DNA of 64,000 nt from Gemmatimonadota bacterium (GTDB lineage Bacteria; Gemmatimonadota; Gemmatimonadetes; Palauibacterales; Palauibacteraceae): positions 28,919-92,918 of the forward strand of contig JAJDWE010000055.1 in the NCBI GenBank assembly GCA_022825725.1. The letters are read 5' to 3'. Both the position numbers and the translations under genes were made by a program. Position 1 is the stretch's first letter. Each line of letters starts with the position of its first letter. Below the pieces are notes generated by a model. That model was not told the DNA's origin. It made no database searches and saw only the letters and a program-made list of their open reading frames with translations. This document shows positions 10,396 through 18,206 of the stretch, in pieces.

Positions 10396-10764
10396 ATGTC
10401 GAGAACCGTGAACCGGGTCATTCTCGTCGGAAACGCCGGCAGCGACCCCGATGTGCGGGAGACCGCTTCCGGCACCGCCGTCGCACATCTGTCGCTCGCG
10501 ACCAACCGCGTGTTCCGCAAGAACGGGGAGACCCAGCGTCGTACCGATTGGCACCGGCTCACGTTCTGGCGTCGTCAGGCCGAGACCGTCGGCGAGTATG
10601 TGCACAAGGGTTCGCGCCTCTACGTCGAGGGCCACCTCGAGTACGGGTCGTTCGAGCGTGACGGAATCGCGATCCCCACCGTGGACGTGGTCGTGGAAGA
10701 CATGGTGATGCTGGATCCGCGACCGGACGACGCGGCGGCCGACAGCGCCGAACTTCCGCAGTAA
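10396..10764 (+). CDS. ssb: Single-stranded DNA-binding protein (short, atypical C-terminus)
   Basis: AAGGAGAG lies upstream of ATG 10396. The OB-fold sequence reads MSRTVNRVILVGNAGSDPDVRETASGTAVAHLSLATNR...TDWHRLTFWRRQAETVGEYVHKGSRLYVEGHLEY. It ends ...DDAAADSAELPQ rather than the usual DDDIPF-type tip. Confidence 0.9.
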   Translation: MSRTVNRVILVGNAGSDPDVRETASGTAVAHLSLATNRVFRKNGETQRRTDWHRLTFWRRQAETVGEYVHKGSRLYVEGHLEYGSFERDGIAIPTVDVVVEDMVMLDPRPDDAAADSAELPQ

Positions 10765-10769
10765 ACCTC

Positions 10770-11429
10770 GTGCACCGCGCCACAATCGGCGAGCCATCGG
10801 CGACGCTCGCCGGCGCACTGGAGACCCGCCCCAGGAACGTGCATCTTCCCGTGCGTGGGGCGGGTCCGTCCACCAGCTCGAAGCGGAGGCATCCGATACA
10901 GACACACGATCCGGGGTTTCTGACCCTGTCGAATCTTCTGTCCCTGAGCCGCATACCGCTCGGCCTCGCCTTCATCGTGGTCTCGGACCCCGGCATGATG
11001 GCCGTGCTCGTGGCCACGGCCGGCGCGACGGACGTCCTCGATGGGTTCATCGCCCGGGTGAGCGGAACGCGCTCCCAGGTCGGACTCCTGCTCGACCCGC
11101 TCTGCGACAAGCTCTTCGTCCTGCTCGCTCTCTCCGGCTTCCTGGCGGCGGGCGGGCTCGACGCGGTGTCGTTCCTGATCCTGATCCTCAGGGATCTCTA
11201 TACCGCCGGGTGCTATCTCCTGGCCCGGCTGGTCTCCATCATCATCCCCTTCAGGCCCCGGTGGCCGGGAAAAATCGCGACCGGCCTGCAGTTTCTCACG
11301 CTGCTCGCCCTCATTTTCAACCCTCGGTATGTTCCCGCACTCGTTTTGCTCGTCGGCGTGACGTCGGCATGGGCGATCATCGATTACGGAACTCACTGCC
11401 TCCGGCGGAAGTGGAAGAGCGCGACCTGA
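10770..11429 (+). CDS. CDP-alcohol phosphatidyltransferase (PgsA-like)
   Basis: The family motif D-x2-DG-x2-AR-x8-G-x3-D-x3-D is seen as DVLDGFIARVSGTRSQVGLLLDPLCD. Multiple TM helices. The true start may be an in-frame GTG near 10848-10860. Confidence 0.85.
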   Translation: MHRATIGEPSATLAGALETRPRNVHLPVRGAGPSTSSKRRHPIQTHDPGFLTLSNLLSLSRIPLGLAFIVVSDPGMMAVLVATAGATDVLDGFIARVSGTRSQVGLLLDPLCDKLFVLLALSGFLAAGGLDAVSFLILILRDLYTAGCYLLARLVSIIIPFRPRWPGKIATGLQFLTLLALIFNPRYVPALVLLVGVTSAWAIIDYGTHCLRRKWKSAT

Positions 11430-11444
11430 CGATCGCCGGATGGC

Positions 11445-12461
11445 TTGAACGGTTTGGGTTTGAAGAACGAAACGGTCGACATAACGATCATCGGCGGCGG
11501 TCCGACCGGACTCTACGGATCCTTCTACGCCGGCATGCGCGGCGTCTCGGCCCGCATCATTGATGTCCTCCCCGAACTCGGAGGTCAGCTGACGGCGCTG
11601 TACCCCGAAAAGGATGTCTTCGACGTCGCCGGCTTCCCCCGGGTGCTCGCCAAGGATCTTGCGCGGGAACTCGTCACGCAGGGCCTGCAGTTCGACGCGG
11701 AGGTCTGCCTCGAGGAGCGCGTCCTCGAACTCAATCCGGGCAACGGCGGCTTCGATCTTCGCACGAACAAGGGGCCGCGGCCCACACGCACCGTCGTCAT
11801 TGCCGGGGGCAAGGGCGCTTTCAAGAGCCGGACGCTACGCGTGCCGGGGTGGGATGAGTTCCTGAACCGGGGCCTCGTGACGAACGTGAAAGAGCCAGCG
11901 ATGTTCCGCGGGAAACGCGTTCTCCTTGTCGGCGGGGGCGACTCCGCATTCGACTGGAGTTGGGCGTTGCGCGAGATCGCCGGCGAACTCACGCATATCC
12001 ACCGCACGGACCGCTATCGGGCTCACGAGAGCACGGTCGCGCAGGTCGAGGGTGCGCATGAACGGGGCGAACTCGAACTCCGCACCTTCTGCACCGTGAC
12101 GGAGATCCACGGGGGCGACCGGGTCGAGGCCGCGACGATCCAGCACACGAAGACGAAGGAAACGGAGCGAATCGAGGTGGACGACGTCATCGCGCTGATC
12201 GGCTTCGTTCCGAACATCGGGCCGATCGCCGAATGGGGGCTCGAGTTGCAGAAGAGGTGCATTGTGGTGGACTCGCGCATGCGCACGAACATCCCGGGCG
12301 TCTATGCCGCGGGGGACATCGCCACCTACGACGGGAAGCTGGAATTGATCTCGACCGGTTTCGGGGAGGCCGCGATCGCGGTGAACAACGCGGTCCACCA
12401 CATCGACCCGACCGCGAAGGTGAACCCGGGCCACTCGACCGACTACAAGGTCTTCAAGTAG
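11445..12461 (+). CDS. Ferredoxin--NADP(+) reductase, thioredoxin-reductase-like (YumC type)
   Basis: IIGGGPTGLYGSFYAGMRGVSARIIDVLPELGGQLTALYPEKDVFDVAGFP closely follows the YumC-type FNR N-terminus. Second dinucleotide fold LLVGGGDSAFDW. TTG start. Confidence 0.9.
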   Translation: MNGLGLKNETVDITIIGGGPTGLYGSFYAGMRGVSARIIDVLPELGGQLTALYPEKDVFDVAGFPRVLAKDLARELVTQGLQFDAEVCLEERVLELNPGNGGFDLRTNKGPRPTRTVVIAGGKGAFKSRTLRVPGWDEFLNRGLVTNVKEPAMFRGKRVLLVGGGDSAFDWSWALREIAGELTHIHRTDRYRAHESTVAQVEGAHERGELELRTFCTVTEIHGGDRVEAATIQHTKTKETERIEVDDVIALIGFVPNIGPIAEWGLELQKRCIVVDSRMRTNIPGVYAAGDIATYDGKLELISTGFGEAAIAVNNAVHHIDPTAKVNPGHSTDYKVFK

Positions 12462-12482
12462 CGGGAGCCACCCCGTTTCCTG

Positions 12483-15347
12483 CTAGAGCCGCCGCCCGGC
12501 GAGTTCGACGAGCCGGGCGCCGGATCCCGCGAGGTTCTCCCTCGCCCAGTCTCGCACATCCTCCTCGTGCGTGAATAGGATGACCTGGGTCGAGCCCGCG
12601 AGCGCGTGCAGCGTCTGCAGCACCGCCTGTTTCCGGACCGCGTCGGACGCGCCCACGACATCGTCGAGGATGAGGGGGCAGGTCTCGCCCTCCCGGGTGA
12701 GGTGCCGTGAGAGCGCGAACCTGAGCAGCAGGTAGATCTGCTCCGCCGTGCCGTGCGAGAGCAGTTCGGCGGAGCGCCAGCGCCCCCCCCGCGTCCGGAC
12801 CTCGACGAGCAGATTCTCCGGGTCGATGCGGCATCCGGTGTAGCGGCCGTCCGTCACTCCGGGAAGCCATTCGAGGACCGTCCGCGTCAGAACGGGCGCG
12901 ATGTCGCGCAGCACGCGCTCCTGCGCCTCTTCGAGGAATCCGATCGTGCAGTCCAGCGTGTCCTTGAGACGCGCGATCCTCGCCTGTTCCCGCTCGGCCG
13001 CCGCCAGCGCGTCCTCCGCGTCGGCGACGCTGGGCAGATGGTGCTCACGTTCGGTGAGCTGGCCGCCGGCGCGCAGTACCTCCTCGCGGGCCGCCTCCGC
13101 TTCCCGCCTCAGATTCTCCAGCGTCTCCCCGGTCGGCCGCCCCGCCCGAGCTTCGACGAGGAGGTCCGCCCCGAGCCGGTCGACGAGCCCGCTGGCCCGG
13201 AGGCGGCGTTGCTCCACTTCGTCCGCGAACTCCCCCAGCGTCCGCTCGCCGAGCAACTGTTGCAGGCGATCCCATGATTCGTTGCGTTCGCCGGCTTCCG
13301 CGAGCATCCGCTCCCGGCCCGCGCGCCACTCCTCCAGCGCGGTCGCCAGCTCCTCGGGGTCTTCGGCGGTCACGCCGATCTGCGACCCGGCTTCACGCAG
13401 CTTGTTCACGGCATCATCGGCCCGCTCCGACCGATGTGAGTGCCGCGTCTCTGCCGCCAGGCGCCGAGCCCGTTCGTCACTCCACTCTCGGCGCTGCTCC
13501 GCGGTCCGCCGTTCGAGTTCGTCCAACTCGCTCCGGGTGACGCCCCGGGTCCTCAACTCAGCGAGCGGGGCTCCGGCTGCATCCGCGAGGAGGGCATCGG
13601 CTGCGGCCCGAAGCCGATCCGTCTCGGCGGCAAGTGCGTCGAAGGATGAACCGGCAAGCAGCCCCTGAAGCTCATCCCACTGCGAGCCCCGCCGCGCCGC
13701 CTCTTCCCTTCCGGCCTGCCGGGATGCGGCCTGGCTGCGCAGCGACTCCGCGAGCGCTTCCGGTTCGAGCGAACCCGCGTCCTCCCCGCCGGCGAATTCA
13801 CGGAGGCGGTCGATCGCGTCGCGCCGAGTCCGCAGTTCGGCCTCGTACCGCCTGTGGGCCGAGCGTCCGGTCTCGAGTTCGCGCCGGAGACTGTCGCGCC
13901 GCACGTCCAGCGCAAGCGCAATCTCCGAGCCGTCGGCCCGCGTTCTCGCCAGTCGGTGAGACAGGACGCCTCCCGCTCCGACCGCGAACAGGATCAACCC
14001 CGCGGAGCGCGACTCCGGCCCCAGCAGCGCGAGGACGAGACCTCCGATCGTCACGGCCGCCGAAAGAGCCAGCCACGCCGCGGCTCGCGCGCGTGAACGT
14101 TCCCGGGGGGGCGCCGGCCTCCTCTCTTCGAGATCGGCCAGATCCCCCTCGATTTCCTCCAACCTCCGCCCCGCGGGCCGCTCGACCTCGGAAAGCGACT
14201 CCCAGGCGCGGAGCGCGTCGCGGATCTCCGCCAGGCGCGTGTCCTCCTCCGGGGAAACCCGGGGGCCGCCCTCCGGGAAGAGCGCCTGCAGCTCACGCGC
14301 ACCGGCGAGGCGAGCCTCGACTTCTGCGGCAGCGGCCTCCGCGACGACTGCCCGCGCGGCCGCCAGCGCCGCATCGCCGCCGTCGATCCTCTCCTCGATC
14401 TCTCGCGCCGAGGGCCCCGTCAGCTCCACCGGATCGGGGAGGTTGCGCCACGTCGTGAGCGCTTCGGTGACCGCCCGCGTGAGCCCGCCGCCCTCGGGGA
14501 TCGGGTGGGGCGCCCCCTCGGGGAACGCCTCGTGCAGGGCCCGCGCCTCCCGCAGCCGCTCCGCGTGCCTCTCCGCCTCGGCGCTCGCGAGCGCGGCCTC
14601 CGCCGCCTCCACGCGGTGGCGGGCCTCCCTCGCCGCCCGCTCCAGCGTTTCGACCTCGGCGCGACGCTCCTGAAAGTCCCGGTGCGCCTCGCGGGCCGCC
14701 TCCAGAGCCTTGCGCGCCTCCGCGACCCGCCGCGCCGTCGTCATGAGCGGCTTCGTCGGAGCCCGGGTCGATCCGACGCGTTCCCGGAGAACCTCCTCGA
14801 GCCGCTGCAGCGCGGCGGCCGCCGTCTGGTCCACCCCCGCCGTCGCCGCCGCGCGCTGCATGTCCTCCTGCAGCGATTCGGGGTCGTCCCGGACCCTGAG
14901 GATGTCCGTCTGACGCACACAGGCGGTGGCGAGAAACGAGCGGCGGTTCAGGCCCAGCCACCGCGAGCCGTCCGGTGCCCCGTCGAACAGGATCTCGCCC
15001 GAATAGTCCCGTCCCGCGACGCTCATATCCTCGGCCGAACTCTCGATCCTTCCCGCGAGATCGTGCCTCAATTCCACGCGCCGTCCGTCCTCGAGCGCGA
15101 CGATGGCTCCGATTTCCCACTCGTCGTCGTCCCACGGCCTGTGGCGCTCCGCGAACCGCTTCTCCTCCTTCCGCATCGCCCCCTTGCCACGCCGCATGCC
15201 GCAGAGTCCGGCGTACAGCGCCGCGTGCCAGGACGATTTCCCCGCTTCGTTGCGGCCGAAGACGACGTTCATTCCCGGCGCCAGTTCCAGCGTCTCATCC
15301 CGGAAGGGGCCGAAGCGGTGGGCCGTCACGGACTCGAAGCGCATCAC
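12483..15347 (-). CDS. Rad50/SbcC-like ABC ATPase of the YhaN type, with a membrane hairpin in the coiled coil
   Basis: Walker A FGRNEAGKSS. Signature-like LSHGTAEQ. Walker B CPLILDDV. H-loop ILFTHEE. About 750 aa of A/E/R-rich coiled coil is interrupted by two hydrophobic helices (AAWLALSAAVTIGGLVLALLG / AGLILFAVGAGGVLS). The start (GTG 15347 or ATG 15344) overlaps the upstream stop. Confidence 0.85.
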   Translation of the reverse strand: MMRFESVTAHRFGPFRDETLELAPGMNVVFGRNEAGKSSWHAALYAGLCGMRRGKGAMRKEEKRFAERHRPWDDDEWEIGAIVALEDGRRVELRHDLAGRIESSAEDMSVAGRDYSGEILFDGAPDGSRWLGLNRRSFLATACVRQTDILRVRDDPESLQEDMQRAAATAGVDQTAAAALQRLEEVLRERVGSTRAPTKPLMTTARRVAEARKALEAAREAHRDFQERRAEVETLERAAREARHRVEAAEAALASAEAERHAERLREARALHEAFPEGAPHPIPEGGGLTRAVTEALTTWRNLPDPVELTGPSAREIEERIDGGDAALAAARAVVAEAAAAEVEARLAGARELQALFPEGGPRVSPEEDTRLAEIRDALRAWESLSEVERPAGRRLEEIEGDLADLEERRPAPPRERSRARAAAWLALSAAVTIGGLVLALLGPESRSAGLILFAVGAGGVLSHRLARTRADGSEIALALDVRRDSLRRELETGRSAHRRYEAELRTRRDAIDRLREFAGGEDAGSLEPEALAESLRSQAASRQAGREEAARRGSQWDELQGLLAGSSFDALAAETDRLRAAADALLADAAGAPLAELRTRGVTRSELDELERRTAEQRREWSDERARRLAAETRHSHRSERADDAVNKLREAGSQIGVTAEDPEELATALEEWRAGRERMLAEAGERNESWDRLQQLLGERTLGEFADEVEQRRLRASGLVDRLGADLLVEARAGRPTGETLENLRREAEAAREEVLRAGGQLTEREHHLPSVADAEDALAAAEREQARIARLKDTLDCTIGFLEEAQERVLRDIAPVLTRTVLEWLPGVTDGRYTGCRIDPENLLVEVRTRGGRWRSAELLSHGTAEQIYLLLRFALSRHLTREGETCPLILDDVVGASDAVRKQAVLQTLHALAGSTQVILFTHEEDVRDWARENLAGSGARLVELAGRRL

Positions 15348-16459
15348 AGCACCTCGAGGTCGTCGCGTCCGTCGAGCGCCCGGAGTCCCATCCGCAGCAC
15401 ACGGCGCTTCTCATCTTCCGCCAACTCCGCTCCCATCACATCCTCGACGAACCGTCCTCTCACGGTGGGCTCCCCGCGGATCTCTTCGAGGTCGTACGCC
15501 AGGTGCAGTTCGGGTTTCCGGATCTGCACGGCGTCGAATGTTTCGAGCAACTGCTCGCGGATCGTGTCCTCCTGGAGGTCGAGCGACGGCTCGAGGTCGC
15601 CGCACACCGTGAGGCGCGCGAGTCCCGCGAGGCTCTCCGTCGTCGCGCGCAGCGTATCCCGGATCTGCTGGCGGCTCGTGAGGCCCGTGACATCGAGCCG
15701 CAGATCGTGAACCGGGGTGACCGCCACGACGCGGCGCTCGCGCGCGACCTCGCCCTCTGCGTCGATCGTCGCCACGACGGGTCCGCGCTCCCCTTCCTCT
15801 CCGAACTGCAGCGGGTCGGGGTTGCCGGGATAGGTGTGATGGGCGCCGTCCGCCGGCCGGTGATAATGGCCGAGGAACGCGTGATTCAGCCCGCTCTCCG
15901 GGATCTCGTCGGTCTCGAAGGGGGCGTGCGGCGCCTTCCCTTCACCCTGTGCCGCGAGCCACGACCGTTCCGCTCCGTGAAAGAGCGCCACGTGCGCCCC
16001 CGCCCCGGAGACGCGGAAGCCGTCGCCGAGGAAGTTGTCCGTGTTGGCGGGAGCGCAGTGCGCGCCCCCCCAGAGCGTGATGCCGGGCGCGAGGGGGACC
16101 GCCTGCAGCGCCGCATCGCGAAAGATGTGAACATTCCCGCTCCATCCCTCTGTCGCGTAGACGCTCGTCGGCCCGTACCAGTCGTGATTGCCGGGCGCGA
16201 TGTAGACGGGCACCGGGTCGAGGGAGGCGAAGGTCTGCCGCAGGAAGTTCGCCGTGTCGAGCGTGACGCGGTCGTGCTCGTACAGGTCGCCGCCGCAGAA
16301 GAGTGCGTCCGCGCCGGTCGAGCGCACGAGTTCCACGATCGCGAGCAGGGTATCGCGAAGCGCCTCGCGCCGCCGCCGCGCCACATCGCCCGTCGCCTCG
16401 CACCACGCGAACGGGGAGTCGAGATGGAGGTCGGCGAAGTGGACGATCGTCCGTTGCAC
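15344..16459 (-). CDS. Mre11/SbcD-like metallophosphoesterase (YhaO-like DNA repair exonuclease family)
   Basis: Calcineurin-like phosphoesterase motifs: FADLHLD, GGDLYEH, APGNHD, then GHYH. The GTG start at 16459 is 2 nt after the patatin stop. Confidence 0.9.
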   Translation of the reverse strand: MQRTIVHFADLHLDSPFAWCEATGDVARRRREALRDTLLAIVELVRSTGADALFCGGDLYEHDRVTLDTANFLRQTFASLDPVPVYIAPGNHDWYGPTSVYATEGWSGNVHIFRDAALQAVPLAPGITLWGGAHCAPANTDNFLGDGFRVSGAGAHVALFHGAERSWLAAQGEGKAPHAPFETDEIPESGLNHAFLGHYHRPADGAHHTYPGNPDPLQFGEEGERGPVVATIDAEGEVARERRVVAVTPVHDLRLDVTGLTSRQQIRDTLRATTESLAGLARLTVCGDLEPSLDLQEDTIREQLLETFDAVQIRKPELHLAYDLEEIRGEPTVRGRFVEDVMGAELAEDEKRRVLRMGLRALDGRDDLEVL

Positions 16460-16461
16460 AG

Positions 16462-17622
16462 TCAGGTGAGAAACGCCTCGATGCGGCCCCAGTTCGCCTC
16501 CGCGTCGGAGGCTCCGAGTTCCACGAGCGCCCGGATGTACTCGCTCTCGAACAGGAGATAACTCAGGAAGTCGGCGGTCTTGATGTCCGGCGTTCCCAAG
16601 CCTCGCACGAGAAACCTGAGCGCCGGGGGAAGTTCGATCTCGAAGTCGCGGGCGAGCTTCCCGATGTCCCGGGAGGGTCTCAGGATGAGCAGGTCGACGC
16701 GGCGCAGACCCTGGCTCTCGGAGACCTCGCGGGGGAGGCGGTCGACGAGGCAGTTGATCCGGCGCAGCGCGGCGGCGTCCCAGTCCAGCGTGTCGAGAAA
16801 GACCGAGTTCAGCAGCAGGCCCAGGACTCTCGCCGGCGGGGGATATCCGGTCGTGTCCGGCGCCCGCGCCTCCAGTTCGGATCGCCGGTAACGGGCCGAG
16901 ATCGTGAAGATGCGGTCCGCCCCCATGTGAATCGCGGGCGCCAGCGGCGCAGCGGTGCGGAAGCTCCCGTCCCCGTAATACTGCTGACCGAGCTTGATGG
17001 CCGGGAACACGAGCGGGATCGACGCGGAGGCGAGGATGTGGTCCACCGAAATGTCCGTCCGCACGAGTCGGTAGTGTGTGCTCGCGCGCCCGGGCCCCGA
17101 CTGCGGTTCGCCCTGCACGAAGAGGACCGTGCGCCCGGTCTGGTACGACATCGCGGTGAGACCGACCGCTTCGAGGTCCCCGGCCCGGATCCGGGCGGCG
17201 ATCTCTCCGCGGCCGACATCGCGCTCGATGAATTCCCGCAGCGGCGACGTGTCGACGAGGCTCTGGAAACGGGGGCTCAGCCCGGTCCCGCCGCCCAGCA
17301 GGGATCCCCCCATCCGCAGACCCACCTTGAGCAGGGAAGCGGGGTTGGTGCGCAGCACTTCCTCGGTCGTGAGCGAGAGCCAGCGGCGCTTCAGTGCCTG
17401 CGTCGCGCCGTGCAGATTTCCGTTGTAGGCGGCGAGGAACCCCACGTTGATTGCACCCGCCGAGACGCCGGTGAGGAGGGGGATCCGAAGCCCGGGCAGC
17501 CGTCTGCCGACATAGCTCAGCACGCCGGTCTGGTAGGCGGCCCTCGCGCCGCCGCCCGAGAGGGCGAAGGCCAGCTTCCCCCGCGCGGCGCCGGAAGCGC
17601 CGCTCCCAGGGGCTCTCGTCAC
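16462..17622 (-). CDS. Patatin-like phospholipase
   Basis: Oxyanion/Gly-rich motif LSGGGARAAYQTGVL. Nucleophile elbow GVSAGAIN (GxSxG). Catalytic Asp motif YGDGS. Confidence 0.9.
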   Translation of the reverse strand: MTRAPGSGASGAARGKLAFALSGGGARAAYQTGVLSYVGRRLPGLRIPLLTGVSAGAINVGFLAAYNGNLHGATQALKRRWLSLTTEEVLRTNPASLLKVGLRMGGSLLGGGTGLSPRFQSLVDTSPLREFIERDVGRGEIAARIRAGDLEAVGLTAMSYQTGRTVLFVQGEPQSGPGRASTHYRLVRTDISVDHILASASIPLVFPAIKLGQQYYGDGSFRTAAPLAPAIHMGADRIFTISARYRRSELEARAPDTTGYPPPARVLGLLLNSVFLDTLDWDAAALRRINCLVDRLPREVSESQGLRRVDLLILRPSRDIGKLARDFEIELPPALRFLVRGLGTPDIKTADFLSYLLFESEYIRALVELGASDAEANWGRIEAFLT

Positions 17623-17635
17623 GCCGGTCCCCGCG

Positions 17636-18145
17636 TCAGGACCGTCCGCCGGGTCGGCCCAGGAGTTGCCGGTGCCAGGAACGGGCCGCCGGCCGCTCGA
17701 GTTCGCCCGCCCGGAGGGCCGCCAACGTGTCGATGGTCGGATCGAAGACGGGAGTCGCGTCGCCGATCGCTCCGGTCAGCGCCCGCGCCCGGAACTCCGA
17801 TCGCGCGCAACTCTCGATTGCGCCGGACTCGTCCCGGTAGAACACGCGTGTGCTGTCGAGAAGCGAGCAGCCCAGGCGTTCCTCGAGCGCGCCCAGCCGC
17901 CGGGACATCGCGTCGATCGAGCACCCGGACGCGGGTGCCGAAGCTTCGTCCACGGCGACGACCGCGAAACGGTCTTCGATCCATTCCACGCCCGCCCGCA
18001 GTGCCGCCCCGTGCGCGGTCCAGATGTCGACGAACGCGCGCAGGTCGACCATCAGCGCTTCGCGCTCCTCGGAGGTCAGCGGACGGTCCGCCCCGTAGAT
18101 CCAGACACGGGCGGAATCCGGAAGCGATGTCAGCGGAACACTCAT
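17636..18145 (-). CDS. Conserved hypothetical protein (about 170 aa, SGCSID motif)
   Basis: The likely start is MSVPLTSLPDSARVWIYGADRPLTSEE at ATG 18145. Contains ..HGAAL..VAVDEASAPASGCSIDA... From memory it resembles a small conserved family often mislabelled ABC transporter ATPase in Bacteroidota. Its stop is 13 nt before the patatin start. Confidence 0.7.
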   Translation of the reverse strand: MSVPLTSLPDSARVWIYGADRPLTSEEREALMVDLRAFVDIWTAHGAALRAGVEWIEDRFAVVAVDEASAPASGCSIDAMSRRLGALEERLGCSLLDSTRVFYRDESGAIESCARSEFRARALTGAIGDATPVFDPTIDTLAALRAGELERPAARSWHRQLLGRPGGRS

Positions 18146-18206
18146 GTCGGGACCATACGTCGGCCCGCGACCTCCCGCCAACCCGGGCCTGGCAGGCCGC
18201 GGGCCG

